Numbered from the stretch's first letter, positions 17,224 through 26,141 are shown. The stretch: DNA of 26,141 bases from an uncultured Dehalococcoidia bacterium (GCA_950072105.1 CATMOE010000051.1:1-26141); one strand, 5' to 3'. Notes: generated by a model not told the origin, from the sequence alone. Numbers and translations: made by a program.

Positions 17224-17416
17224 GAGGTGGTGAGGTCAGACTTACGCCAGCGGCCACAGCCCTAGATTCCCCGATTATGTCGAGGACTCACGACAGTGCC
17301 GGAGCTTCCGCCCTCGGGGCCTCAGAACGAAGGTTTTGAGCCAAGGCCGAAAAGAGGAAAATGGGAGTTTATCCGTGGTCATCCGAAGTGAGTGGCCCGG
17401 CGTGATGGGGGTCTCC

Positions 17417-17785
17417 TTACCACCTCTCCGGGTGGTGGATGAGCTCGATCAAGTTGCCGTCGGGGTCGCGGAGGTAGGCGTAGTGGTGCCCGTCGGTGTC
17501 CTCCCGAACTCCAGGCGGCCGGTCGACGTCGAAGGGGACCTGCACAGCCGTCAGGTGGGTCATCATCCCCTCCCAATCGGGGATCTCCAAGGCGAAGTGG
17601 TTGGTCTCCAGATAGGCGGGTTCCGGCGTGACGTGGCAGTGAATCTCCGATGATCCCAGGCGCAACTCCAGCTGTCTGGGGTGCTCGATGAGCTCGGCGT
17701 CGAAGACTTTCTGATACCATTCGCTGGTCCGCTCCCGGTCCCTTATGCCGACGTTTATGTGGTGGATGTCGCTGACTCTAGACAT
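17417..17785 (-). CDS. VOC/glyoxalase family protein
   Basis: IHHINVGIRD, NHFALEI, YLRDPDGNLIEL with metal-ligand His/His/Glu positions present; RBS AGGAG. Confidence 0.92.
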   Translation of the reverse strand: MSRVSDIHHINVGIRDRERTSEWYQKVFDAELIEHPRQLELRLGSSEIHCHVTPEPAYLETNHFALEIPDWEGMMTHLTAVQVPFDVDRPPGVREDTDGHHYAYLRDPDGNLIELIHHPERW

Positions 17786-17818
17786 ATCGCTTTTCTCCTG
17801 AATGTATCGAGATCCCGG

Positions 17819-18997
17819 TTAAGCTGCGTCCAGGTGGAAAAACTCTACTACGTTGTCCACCAGCATCTTGCGCTTCTCGTCCTCGGGCACTCCGGTGAAG
17901 ATCCGGTCGATAACCGCTTGGGAGTGGGGGTAATCGGACTCTTGATGGGGGAAGTCGGTGGCCCAGATCAACCGATCCACTCCCACGTGATGGCGCATCT
18001 CCACTCCGATGGGGTCGTCGAGAAATCCCCAATAGATGTGCTCCTTGATGTACTCGCTGGGGAGTCTCTTCAACGGCTTGAAACCAAGCAATTCCTCGGC
18101 CCAAGTGTGGTGCCTCTCGAAGCGCAAGTCGGCCATGTGCAGGAAGAAGGGCAGCCACCCGGCGTGGGTTTCTGCGTAGTACATCTTTAGATCAGGAAAA
18201 CGGTCGAAAAGACCGTCCAAGACCATCTGCACCACGTTAAGACCGCCCACCCGGTGGAACCGGGACACCTGCTCAGCCAATCCTGAAGTGCCCAGCTTTT
18301 TCCGGATCTCGGGGTTCTCGTTGGGATACTTCAGCAATGGGCCGGAGCGTTCGCCCAGCCGGTTCATCTGGATATGGATGGTTACGGGCATGGCCATGTC
18401 CTGAGCCGCCGCCCAGAAAAGGTCGTCTTCGGGCGTGGGATAACCCTTGTTGTTTGGAAAGGCGCTGAGCAGAACTCCTTTGTAGCCCAGCCGGGCGCAA
18501 TGCTCCATCTCAGCCACGGCTCCAGCGGCGTCGGACATGGGAATGATTCCCAGTCCGATCAAACGGTCCGGCGACGCCGAGCAGTACTCCTCCATCAGCC
18601 AGTCGTTGTAACCACGGACGATGGACAGATAGGCGTCGTCGTCAGGAATGTTACGCCAGAACCAGGGGCCGCCCACCTGGCAGGGATACAGCACTTCGGC
18701 GTCGATACCGTCCAGGTCTTGCTCCTCCATACGTTGTTGGGGCGACCCGGTGCCCGCCGTGCCCTCATAGGTCTGGCCGAAAGGCGTCCAGTTTTCCCGG
18801 CCCTTACCGCCGTATAGGTCCGAAGGCACTTCCTTGGCTGTCTCTCCCTCTATGAGCCAGGCATCGCCGCCTGTGGCGGTCCTGATCAGCCGGGGCGCCC
18901 GGTCCCGGAACTTTGCCGGAACCCGGTGTATCCAACGTTTGGAATCCACTTCCAGGTGGGAGTCTCCGGAGATGCACTGATAAGCTCTGGCTGCCAT
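17819..18997 (-). CDS. Amidohydrolase_2 family protein
   Basis: ISGDSH, DLDGIDAEVLYP, YNDWL, VTIH, GLFDRFPDLK..AETHAGW, WATDFPH; RBS GGAGGGG. Confidence 0.92.
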   Translation of the reverse strand: MAARAYQCISGDSHLEVDSKRWIHRVPAKFRDRAPRLIRTATGGDAWLIEGETAKEVPSDLYGGKGRENWTPFGQTYEGTAGTGSPQQRMEEQDLDGIDAEVLYPCQVGGPWFWRNIPDDDAYLSIVRGYNDWLMEEYCSASPDRLIGLGIIPMSDAAGAVAEMEHCARLGYKGVLLSAFPNNKGYPTPEDDLFWAAAQDMAMPVTIHIQMNRLGERSGPLLKYPNENPEIRKKLGTSGLAEQVSRFHRVGGLNVVQMVLDGLFDRFPDLKMYYAETHAGWLPFFLHMADLRFERHHTWAEELLGFKPLKRLPSEYIKEHIYWGFLDDPIGVEMRHHVGVDRLIWATDFPHQESDYPHSQAVIDRIFTGVPEDEKRKMLVDNVVEFFHLDAA

Positions 18998-19118
18998 AAG
19001 CCCCTCCGCGATCTTCTAGCCTGAACTGCCGTTGAAACAGAGGTTAAGGGCAACAGGTAGGATTTGCAAGCGAGTTTACGGGATGGCGACGTTTCGTGCC
19101 GAATATCGCTGGGATTGT

Positions 19119-19147
19119 TTGACATTCATTTGGCTCAATGTTAGAAA
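19119..19147 (+). promoter_or_regulatory. Sigma70-type promoter for the decarboxylase-like gene
   Basis: TTGACA (19119-19124), 17-bp spacer ending TGn, TAGAAA (19142-19147); 80 bp upstream of ATG 19228. Confidence 0.6.
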
Positions 19148-19227
19148 CGATGTGCATCCGCTGAACCACTCTTTGGGATGGATACCGGCTCTAGATCGAG
19201 AATACGCACTTATCGGGAGATTAGAAA

Positions 19228-20265
19228 ATGGCGCTACGGATAACCATGGCTTTCTCGGATAACCCCCGTGTACAGCCCCTAAGGGACGGTACGGTCAAGC
19301 CGGAAAACATCGACCTGGAGATGCTGACTGTCCCGCCCAGCGATCTTTTCTATCGGAATCTGGCATTCGATGAGTTCGACGCGTCGGAGATGTCCATCTC
19401 CGAGACGCTGTTGGCCAAGGAACGTAGCGACGGGACCAAGTGGGACTGGTCGGCGCTGCCCAGCTTCTTGAGCCGGGGTCATGTTTGGCCCAACCTTTAT
19501 GTCAATACGTCTTCGGGTATCGAAAGCCTGGCAGACATCAAGGGAAAGCGCATCGGCGTACCAGATTACGATATGACTGCTGCCCTATGGTTCCGGGCGA
19601 CCTTGAAAGACCTCTATGGCATCGAAGCCAGCGACAACACCTGGTATAACGGGCGAACGATCGAGTTCAGCCACGGCGGTGCTTTGGGATTAGACGATTC
19701 TGGCCCCAGAGGGGTGGAGCACCATTGGCTGACGGCCGACCAGACGTTGGACGTGATGCTGGACAAAGGGGAGATCGACGTTTATACGGCTTTCCGCGCC
19801 GGCGGCCCGGTGACGACTGGGAACACTACCGTCATCGACCGGTACGGTGGCACCCCCACCGCCGGTAACCCGAACATTCGCAAACTACTCCCCGACGACG
19901 GCAAGGGCCTGGTCTACGAGTACCACCAGAAGACGGGGTTCTTCCACTGCAACCACCACGTGATCGTGCAGAACCGCATCCTTCGGGAACACCCTTGGGC
20001 GGCGCTAGAATTATTCACGGCGTTGCAGCGCTCCAAGGAAGTGGCCTACGAGCGGGCGCGGCGAGCGCAATCAGCCTACATGTACTTTCCCGGCCAAGAT
20101 TTCCACGACCAAGACCAGGCGCTGGGAGGGGAACCGTATCCCATCGGAATACGGGCCATGGGGAAGAACGTGGAGAGGGCGATTCAAGGCTCCCTGGAAC
20201 AAGGACTGATCACCAAACCTATAGCTCTGGAGGACCTCTACTTCCACACCACCTTGAATACTTAG
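19228..20265 (+). CDS. 4,5-dihydroxyphthalate decarboxylase-like protein (OphC/Pht5 family)
   Basis: PLRDGTVKPENIDL, EFDASEMSIS, KGKRIGVPDYDMTAALWFR, YHQKTGFFHCNH, HPWAALELF, PYPIGI match the family pattern. Confidence 0.85.
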   Translation: MALRITMAFSDNPRVQPLRDGTVKPENIDLEMLTVPPSDLFYRNLAFDEFDASEMSISETLLAKERSDGTKWDWSALPSFLSRGHVWPNLYVNTSSGIESLADIKGKRIGVPDYDMTAALWFRATLKDLYGIEASDNTWYNGRTIEFSHGGALGLDDSGPRGVEHHWLTADQTLDVMLDKGEIDVYTAFRAGGPVTTGNTTVIDRYGGTPTAGNPNIRKLLPDDGKGLVYEYHQKTGFFHCNHHVIVQNRILREHPWAALELFTALQRSKEVAYERARRAQSAYMYFPGQDFHDQDQALGGEPYPIGIRAMGKNVERAIQGSLEQGLITKPIALEDLYFHTTLNT

Positions 20266-20278
20266 CGGCCGGCTGGGT

Positions 20279-20345
20279 TCACCGCAGAGGACGCAGGGGA
20301 TTTAGTATTTAATTTTCTCCGTGCCCTCTGTGATCTCTGTGGTGA
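20279..20345. terminator. Palindromic CACCGCAGAG..CTCTGTGGTG element between convergent genes (dispersed repeat / possible bidirectional terminator)
   Basis: TCACCGCAGAG (20279-20289) pairs with CTCTGTGGTGA (20335-20345) with one G-U pair; AT-rich centre. Confidence 0.55.
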
Positions 20346-20361
20346 TAAGAAACGTAGCGAT

Positions 20362-21585
20362 TTAATCCTGAGTTGGAACCTGGTGGGACATTTGGATCTC
20401 CCTGCGTTCTTTGCCGGATTGGAACAGGGCCAGCACCACTTCCAGGGTCGCTTTGCCCCAGTGCCCGTCGTTGGAGGGACGGCGTCCGTTGACCACGGCC
20501 TGGTAGACTTCATCGATGATGCCGTCGCGTCCGTCGGGTAAGTTGGGCAGCGGGATCTCCCGCTTTTCCTCCTCACCGTAGACCATCATGCCGTTTGGGG
20601 TGAGACGCACGTCGCCTTTATCGAAACTGGCCACCAGCGGTCCGCCTAAGATCCATGGGGTGGTACGGCGCTGTCCCGACGCCGCGCCGGCGGGGTCCCG
20701 GCCGGACCCGCCAAACCGGCGGTCCCTCTTCATGGCCGTCTCCGCCTCTTTGCTGCCAGCTTCTCGCAATGCCGTGCGGGCCTTGGCGTGGACCGGGGCG
20801 TCGGGCCAAGCGTCGCCCTCGTCCACCCGGTAGGTGAGTTCCCGGGAGTTGAAGTGGTCGTAGCCGCTGTAGACAGCCGTGGCGACGACGCCGTTCTCGA
20901 ACTCCAAGAAGCTAGAATAGCAGCCCGGTACCGGGCGGGTTTCGTCCCACACGCCGGTGGTTGCCCGGACAGTGCGCACCAAGCCCCCGGCAATCGTCCT
21001 CAAGATGTCGAACTGGTGAGGGCCTTGGCGCCAGGGCACTCCGCCTCCCAGCTCCGGAGTTAACTCTTCCGCCGTCCGGGGGCTGTACAGCCAGTCGTTG
21101 AAATACCAGTAATTGAGCATCCGCAGCTTGCCCAGTTCTTCGCTGACCACCATCTCCCGAATCTTACGGATCCGAGGCTCAAAGCTGTGCTTCACGTTCA
21201 CGGCCAACTGCATCCCGTTCCGTTCCGCCGCTTGTATCATGACGTCGGCTTCTTCCAGAGTGAGGGTCATGGGCTTTTCCATGTAAACGTGCTTTTTGTT
21301 CTCCAAAGCAATTAACGCGTGCTCGGAGTGAAACTGGTTAGGAGTGGCGATGTAGACCACGTCGACGTTGGGACTCTGGCAGATTGCCTCCGCGCTGAGA
21401 AAGGTTTCACCTTCATATTGCGTGCGAAATTTGTCCAACTGGTCCTGGTCGATGTCGGCGGCGGCGGTTACGCTGACGCGGGAATGGCGCGCGAATGCGG
21501 GGAGCATTTGGCTGGCGCCGCCCCCTAGGCCGATGATTCCTAGATTCAATACCGGTCCGTTGGCGCTTCCTCCGGAACTGGTCAT
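20362..21585 (-). CDS. Gfo/Idh/MocA oxidoreductase, phthalate 4,5-cis-dihydrodiol dehydrogenase-like (OphB/Pht4)
   Basis: GIIGLGGG, IATPNQFH, EKPM, YFNDWLYSPRTAEELT..GGGV..RQGPHQFD, YSGYDHF, DGHWGKATLEV; ATG 21585 behind GAGGAG. Confidence 0.88.
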   Translation of the reverse strand: MTSSGGSANGPVLNLGIIGLGGGASQMLPAFARHSRVSVTAAADIDQDQLDKFRTQYEGETFLSAEAICQSPNVDVVYIATPNQFHSEHALIALENKKHVYMEKPMTLTLEEADVMIQAAERNGMQLAVNVKHSFEPRIRKIREMVVSEELGKLRMLNYWYFNDWLYSPRTAEELTPELGGGVPWRQGPHQFDILRTIAGGLVRTVRATTGVWDETRPVPGCYSSFLEFENGVVATAVYSGYDHFNSRELTYRVDEGDAWPDAPVHAKARTALREAGSKEAETAMKRDRRFGGSGRDPAGAASGQRRTTPWILGGPLVASFDKGDVRLTPNGMMVYGEEEKREIPLPNLPDGRDGIIDEVYQAVVNGRRPSNDGHWGKATLEVVLALFQSGKERREIQMSHQVPTQD

Positions 21586-21651
21586 GTCATCTCCTCGATT
21601 TCTTATTTGATAGGTAAACTTCGACCAAGAGTCTAGCAATTCCGCTGGGAA

Positions 21652-21692
21652 CAAAGAGACCCCGCTCGCTTGGCTGCTGCGGGGCCTTCTTT
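21652..21692 (-). terminator. Possible intrinsic terminator between the Rieske and dehydrogenase genes
   Basis: Minus strand GGCCCCGC-(13 nt)-GCGGGGTC followed by TCTTTGTT; imperfect U tract. Confidence 0.35.
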
Positions 21693-21727
21693 AAAATAAT
21701 TCTACTTAGACTCTTAGCCTGGATCGG

Positions 21728-23020
21728 CTAATCCCCGGAAAGGACCTCTTCAGCGGTGACGGTGACTGCTCCGTCTCCCCGGCCCAGCACTGGGCTGAAC
21801 TTAGATGCTCCACCGGCTAACCCAGCGCTGGAAGCCATTCGGCCGAACTGGCCCAAAGCGCTCATGCGGCTGGTTCCTCCCGATTCCTCGGTTGGCAACC
21901 TGAGATATTCGTTCTGACCGGGGTCGCGAAAAACGTTCATTGGGTCCTCGCCACGTTCGACCTTGGCTACGTTGTCGAGTAGTTGTTGGCGATACAGAAT
22001 GAGACCCTTGTCCGACCGGCCAAGGGTCTCTTCCGTACGGTCGGCGATGGCTCCTTGCGTGTACCACATGACGATGTCTTGACCGGCGGTGAAATCCAGG
22101 TAGTTCCAGTCCGGCATTCCGCCTGGGGACAATTCGGGCACCGGCACCTGATAGAAGGGTATGGGCTCATCGGCCGCCACTGCCGTGCCCGCCGGTGGCG
22201 CGTACGTGTAATACCAGATGTGCAGAGTCTGGTAGTCGTCGATGGGCACCCGGTATTGGAATCCGCCGACCTTGAGCAGATTGGGGAATACCAGAGGATG
22301 GCCCAACTTCCAGTTCACATCTTCTTCCGTCTGGCCTTCCAATATGCGCCGTTTGATAATGCCGTGCTCGAATTCATCGAACCCTATGAGTTGGTGCTCG
22401 GGGATATGACGGGCCTTCTCCGGTTGCCCGGTCTTTTCCCAAACGTAGTTGGCGAAATGGCCGTGGAGCCACTCGGCGTGGACCGGGTCCACCGAGTTCT
22501 CCATTATCTGCAGATAGTTGCAGGGCAGGACCGCCATGCCGATATCCCGGTAGACGTTGTCCCAAACCAGCAGGTCCCAACGGGGCAGCAAGGGAACCGG
22601 AGACGGCCCCAAGTAGGCGAATATCAGACCGCCCAACTCCTGCACCGGGTAAGCGGTGGTGGTTACTTTGTCTTTGAAGGCCTCGAAAGGGTCCTCTTTT
22701 CGTTCATAGGGCTGATCCAGGCAACGGCCTTCGTGGTTGAAAAGCCAGCCATGATACGGGCAGCGCAGACCCTCATCGTCGGGCATGCCGTAGACCAGGT
22801 TTACTTTTCGGTGGGGGCATTGGTCGCCGATGAGTCCATACCGGCCCCTCCGGTCTTTGTACAGGACCAGATTCTCTCCCAGAAGCCGAACAGACCGCGT
22901 GGCGTTGTCGTCCATCTGAGAAGCAGCTGCGATGGGTTGCCAATACCGCCTCATCAGATTCCCCATGGGAGTGCCGAGACCTACTCGTGTCAGGCGTTCG
23001 TTTTCCTCTGCCGTTAACAT
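21728..23020 (-). CDS. Rieske non-heme iron oxygenase alpha subunit (LigXa / phthalate 4,5-dioxygenase-like)
   Basis: MLTAEENERLTRVG.GTPMG..MRRYW start, Rieske ligands CPHR..CPYHGW, mononuclear site ENSVDPVHAEWLH and QD; RBS AGGAGG. Confidence 0.93.
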   Translation of the reverse strand: MLTAEENERLTRVGLGTPMGNLMRRYWQPIAAASQMDDNATRSVRLLGENLVLYKDRRGRYGLIGDQCPHRKVNLVYGMPDDEGLRCPYHGWLFNHEGRCLDQPYERKEDPFEAFKDKVTTTAYPVQELGGLIFAYLGPSPVPLLPRWDLLVWDNVYRDIGMAVLPCNYLQIMENSVDPVHAEWLHGHFANYVWEKTGQPEKARHIPEHQLIGFDEFEHGIIKRRILEGQTEEDVNWKLGHPLVFPNLLKVGGFQYRVPIDDYQTLHIWYYTYAPPAGTAVAADEPIPFYQVPVPELSPGGMPDWNYLDFTAGQDIVMWYTQGAIADRTEETLGRSDKGLILYRQQLLDNVAKVERGEDPMNVFRDPGQNEYLRLPTEESGGTSRMSALGQFGRMASSAGLAGGASKFSPVLGRGDGAVTVTAEEVLSGD

Positions 23021-23130
23021 CGTTGGACCCTCCTGGTGGAATCTTGGGTCGAAATCACGATAGCAGTGGGTCTGAAGGTTGTCAATTTGGAGAATCGCGG
23101 CCCGTTAACGCCGAAAAACTGGGGCTCAGG

Positions 23131-23805
23131 TTACTTTTCCTTCACGAACATGGAGAGGATGGTGCTGGCAATCTCATCGGCGTTGCGCACCATGCCCGCC
23201 ATGGCGGGCAGCATGCCCAAAGCGATCTCCGGGTTCTCCGTCACCGCCGTCAAGAAGACAGGCCGTGGCAAATAATAGCAGGCCAGCGGCTCTATAGCGG
23301 TGACGTTGGCGGAGCGGGGCAGACCGTCGATGAGTCCGATCTCCCCGAAGGACTCCCCTTGGACCAGGGTTGCTAAATCTACTTCCAGATCGCCGCTGCC
23401 CGCCGGTTTGGTTACCTGGGCCATTCCAGACTTAATGATCTAAAGTCTATCGGTGGGTTCGTTTTCCCGGATGACGTGTCCGGCGGGCAAGGAGACCAGA
23501 TGGACTCTGGAAGCCAACTTCCGCAGGGTCTCCGGGCTCAGGTGCTTGAATAGCTCCACGTTGGCCAGGAAGTTCGCTTTTTCCTCGGTGGTGGAGTCGA
23601 AGTTGGTTTGCGCCTGGCCCTGGGCCCTGACACTGGTGGCCCGGACTTGGGCTTGGGGTTCCGGCTGGCAATTAGAGCAATCCACCACGCCGGATCCTTA
23701 ACACCCAGAGCAAATATCAGCGCCCGACGCGCCAACTTTTCCTAGTCCCTGGCATCCAGAGCAGACCAGGGCGCCACTGCCGTTACATACTGTGCGATCT
23801 GCCAT
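23131..23805 (-). pseudogene. DnaJ-type zinc-finger / cyclic-nucleotide-binding domain fusion with two in-frame stops
   Basis: One frame from ATG 23805: MADRTVCNGSGALVCSGCQGLG..ICSGC*GSGVVDCSNC..FLANVELFKHL..IRENEPTDRL*IIKSG..FGEIGLIDGLPRSANV. Stops are TAA at 23698-23700 and TAG at 23440-23442. Confidence 0.85.
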
Positions 23806-23856
23806 CACAATCTGTCCAATCGATTTCCAATCTTGGTCTGGATCGTCTCAACCACC

Positions 23857-25347
23857 TTATGCGTGGGGCAAAGGACGGGAAATCATGTCTTTTATCCGGC
23901 CGGTCATGTCCTTCTGGTCGTAAGCGTTTAAGAGGTTGATGCGGTTCCGGTTAGGGTCCCCGCCATGCCAGTATTCGTAGACCTCTTGTCGCATGCCGAA
24001 GGAGGAGACGGCCAGGTCGTGGGCCAACCGGTACAACCTGGACTTATGCTCGACTTCCACGCCCTTGCCGCGCATATATCTTTCCAGGTCAGGGCGAAGC
24101 TCGGGGTTAGCCAGGTCATTTTCGCTGGGCTGCATAATCAACCCGGAGCCGCATATCTCCCGAAGAAGCTGGACCATGCGGGCCGATGTCTGGGCGAAAT
24201 ATATGTTCATTCCCGACATTGGACCCAGGGACATCAGTCCTCCTTCGGTCATGAACGAGGTGTGCTCCAAACCGTCCATGGCGTGGCGCCACATCTCCGT
24301 GTAGGTAACCATTTCACCCAATTTTGCCCCTACCTCACGATACTCGATGACCCCAATGGACTCGGCGATCATGGTGGCCACCGCGGTCATTAGGCGCATC
24401 CGTTCGTGGATCCGGCAGAGATTGGACCAGCCCATGAAATTGATACCCCCGCCGAACCGCTGGAGTAACGGAGCGGCTTCGTACAGCATGAAGATGCGGT
24501 CCCAGGGGACCAGGACGTTCTGGAAAAAGAGCATCGAATCCTGTTCGTCGTACAGCATGCCCAGCGGGTGGCCGTAGGACCCTGGCCATTGAGACACCGG
24601 TTCCCGGCAAAGGATCTTCATACCGCGGCTGTTGGTGGGAATGGAGAAAGCCAGCACAAAGCGGGGGTCGGCCCGCCTTACAAAAGTTGCCGACAGAGAC
24701 ACATAGGTCTCGTTGCTGATAGGCGCCGCGGTGGCAAGTTGCTTGGCTCCGGTGACGATAATTCCATCCTTGGTCTCCTCCACCACGTGAAGGGCAACCT
24801 CCTCTTCCAGGGCCGCTCTTTGCTCGTTCTGGGGTTGGGCACTGCGGTCCACCTGGGGGTCACCGAGGGCGTGGGTGAGGAAGACGTCGTTTTCAGTGCA
24901 ATAGCGATGGTAGTTGGCGATATTCTCGCCGAAGTCGCAATTGGGGTTTTTCACGGCGCTGAGAGCTTCCCGCGTGTTGTATAGGGTGATGATGTGGGGC
25001 GCCAGGATGTCGGGACTGCGTCCAAGTTGTCCCCAGGATTGCTCGTTCCAAACCTCGCTGTTCCGCCGCTTCTTCTTTAAGTCTTCCATGGACCGGGGCA
25101 AGAGCCAGGATAGGCTACAACGGTTACCGGTCTCCGGCGAGACAAAAGTCATTTGGTCACGAAACTCGTCGCTTGCCTGAAGGTCGTAGATCCGGGCCAG
25201 TTCGTGGGCGATTCCGGAAAGCGCCGGATGGGTAGTTACGTCTTGTACCTTCTCTCCGTCCAACCAAACTTCACGTCCGTCCTTCAAGCTTTCAATGTAT
25301 CGGGCGCCGGTCATAGCTCCCAGGGAGGAAGTCGCGTCCAGAACCAT
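23857..25347 (-). CDS. 4-hydroxyphenylacetate 3-hydroxylase (HpaB)-family flavin monooxygenase, oxygenase component
   Basis: MTGARYIESLKDGREVWLDGE.V.DVTTHP, GRSPD, THALGDPQVDR, GIIVTGAKQLAT, DEQD..FQNVLVPWDRIF; RBS AAGGAGG. Confidence 0.92.
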   Translation of the reverse strand: MVLDATSSLGAMTGARYIESLKDGREVWLDGEKVQDVTTHPALSGIAHELARIYDLQASDEFRDQMTFVSPETGNRCSLSWLLPRSMEDLKKKRRNSEVWNEQSWGQLGRSPDILAPHIITLYNTREALSAVKNPNCDFGENIANYHRYCTENDVFLTHALGDPQVDRSAQPQNEQRAALEEEVALHVVEETKDGIIVTGAKQLATAAPISNETYVSLSATFVRRADPRFVLAFSIPTNSRGMKILCREPVSQWPGSYGHPLGMLYDEQDSMLFFQNVLVPWDRIFMLYEAAPLLQRFGGGINFMGWSNLCRIHERMRLMTAVATMIAESIGVIEYREVGAKLGEMVTYTEMWRHAMDGLEHTSFMTEGGLMSLGPMSGMNIYFAQTSARMVQLLREICGSGLIMQPSENDLANPELRPDLERYMRGKGVEVEHKSRLYRLAHDLAVSSFGMRQEVYEYWHGGDPNRNRINLLNAYDQKDMTGRIKDMISRPLPHA

Positions 25348-25689
25348 GGGTTCCCTCCTTTATGCGCTGGACCAGAGGCCGCAGCCGCTATCCGATGGCC
25401 GACAGATGGTGTTACGGCCTTCGGGTTTGATTTCGCACGAGACTTAAATATAATATGCGCCGGACTAGGCTATCACAAGAAATGCGGCAGTCGGCACCGA
25501 TCCGTAGAATCTCCGCTAATTTGGCTTGAAACCTCTACGGTCGTATCCGTGACCTTGTGTTAACATATCGAAAACGCCAGGCTACACGCGAGAAGTCCGC
25601 CCATTTTTGAGCCAATCGTCTGATTAGCGAATGCCAAAGACCATCGTATGGTCGTCACTGATCAGCGCATTTTTGATAGATGGAGTTCA

Positions 25690-26141
25690 ATGACCGAAGA
25701 TACAATCTTTTCCCCAACGGGAAGCCGCATAGGTACGCCGGATATTTCTGCCGAGAATCTACGGCAAGGCATACAAGAACTCCTTTCTGACGGCCCGACG
25801 AACGGCGCTAACGGGACGGCGCAAGCCGTAGGCTCTTGGACGGAAGATTACCAGGAGCTCACCGGGTTGATAAAGCAACAAGGTTTGTTGACGAAACAAC
25901 CCGGGTACTACGCCGTTAACATCATGGTAAGCCTGGGCATGTTGGTGTTGGGGTTATTTTTCCTAACGTTGACCAGCTCCCTCTGGCTGCAGTTGCTTGA
26001 CGCCGTGTTCCTTGCCACCGTGTTCGCGCGGATCGCGTTTCTGGGCCACGACTCTGGACATCGCCAGATGTTCCGGTCGACCCGCTGGAACGACATGACC
26101 GGCTTGGCCATCGGATTCCTGTTGGGGATGGAACGCACTTG
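25690..26141 (+). CDS. Membrane fatty-acid (acyl-CoA) desaturase, 5' part (runs off window end)
   Basis: Not in the ORF track. ATG 25690 behind GGAG opens a stop-free frame ..DYQELTGLIKQQGLL..GYY, two TM helices, then the first His box FLGHDSGHRQ. Confidence 0.88.
   Translation, partial: MTEDTIFSPTGSRIGTPDISAENLRQGIQELLSDGPTNGANGTAQAVGSWTEDYQELTGLIKQQGLLTKQPGYYAVNIMVSLGMLVLGLFFLTLTSSLWLQLLDAVFLATVFARIAFLGHDSGHRQMFRSTRWNDMTGLAIGFLLGMERT

Noticed and set aside
21983..23017. 344-aa ORF antisense to the Rieske gene (likewise 9996..10622, 5779..6351 and same-strand alternate-frame 12350..13093)
   Set aside because: Shadow ORFs of well-supported genes in GC-rich DNA with no recognisable motifs.
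23440..23442. Amber codon read-through (pyrrolysine or recoding) in the cNMP domain
   Set aside because: The same gene has an in-frame TAA and a probable Cys-to-Arg change, TAG terminates other genes here, and no pyl genes are seen; decay is simpler.
1..26141. CRISPR array, reverse transcriptase/retron, integrase or transposase
   Set aside because: No regularly spaced repeat-spacer array and no RT, integrase or transposase motifs were found in any frame examined.

Overview
A GC-rich bacterial window whose gene content suggests SAR202-type Chloroflexota (inference only): a Mer-like LLM, a LigXa/OphA2-like Rieske oxygenase, an amidohydrolase, an HpaB-family monooxygenase and signal-less SsuA/THI5-fold proteins. 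The left ~2.6 kb looks like the end of a decayed island: a broken CDKN3-type phosphatase, a multi-hairpin intergenic region, two tandem repeats resembling integrase arm sites, and a degenerate 3' fragment of tRNA-Leu(CAA). The middle holds stress and metabolic genes (YtxH, DJ-1/PfpI, amidase, MgtC, Fe-ADH-fold protein, frameshifted FMN reductase, AKR, DUF2277, two MFS, PQQ/GSDH lipoprotein, LLM). It also holds an orphan lipoprotein whose last 33 residues align without gaps to the C-terminal helix of the T3SS needle protein PrgI. The right part is a phthalate-type aromatic catabolism cluster with no reductase in the window, a pseudogenised DnaJ-type zinc finger/cNMP-binding fusion missed by the ORF track, and the start of a fatty-acid desaturase. 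All family calls come from motif recognition by eye; no database search was run.
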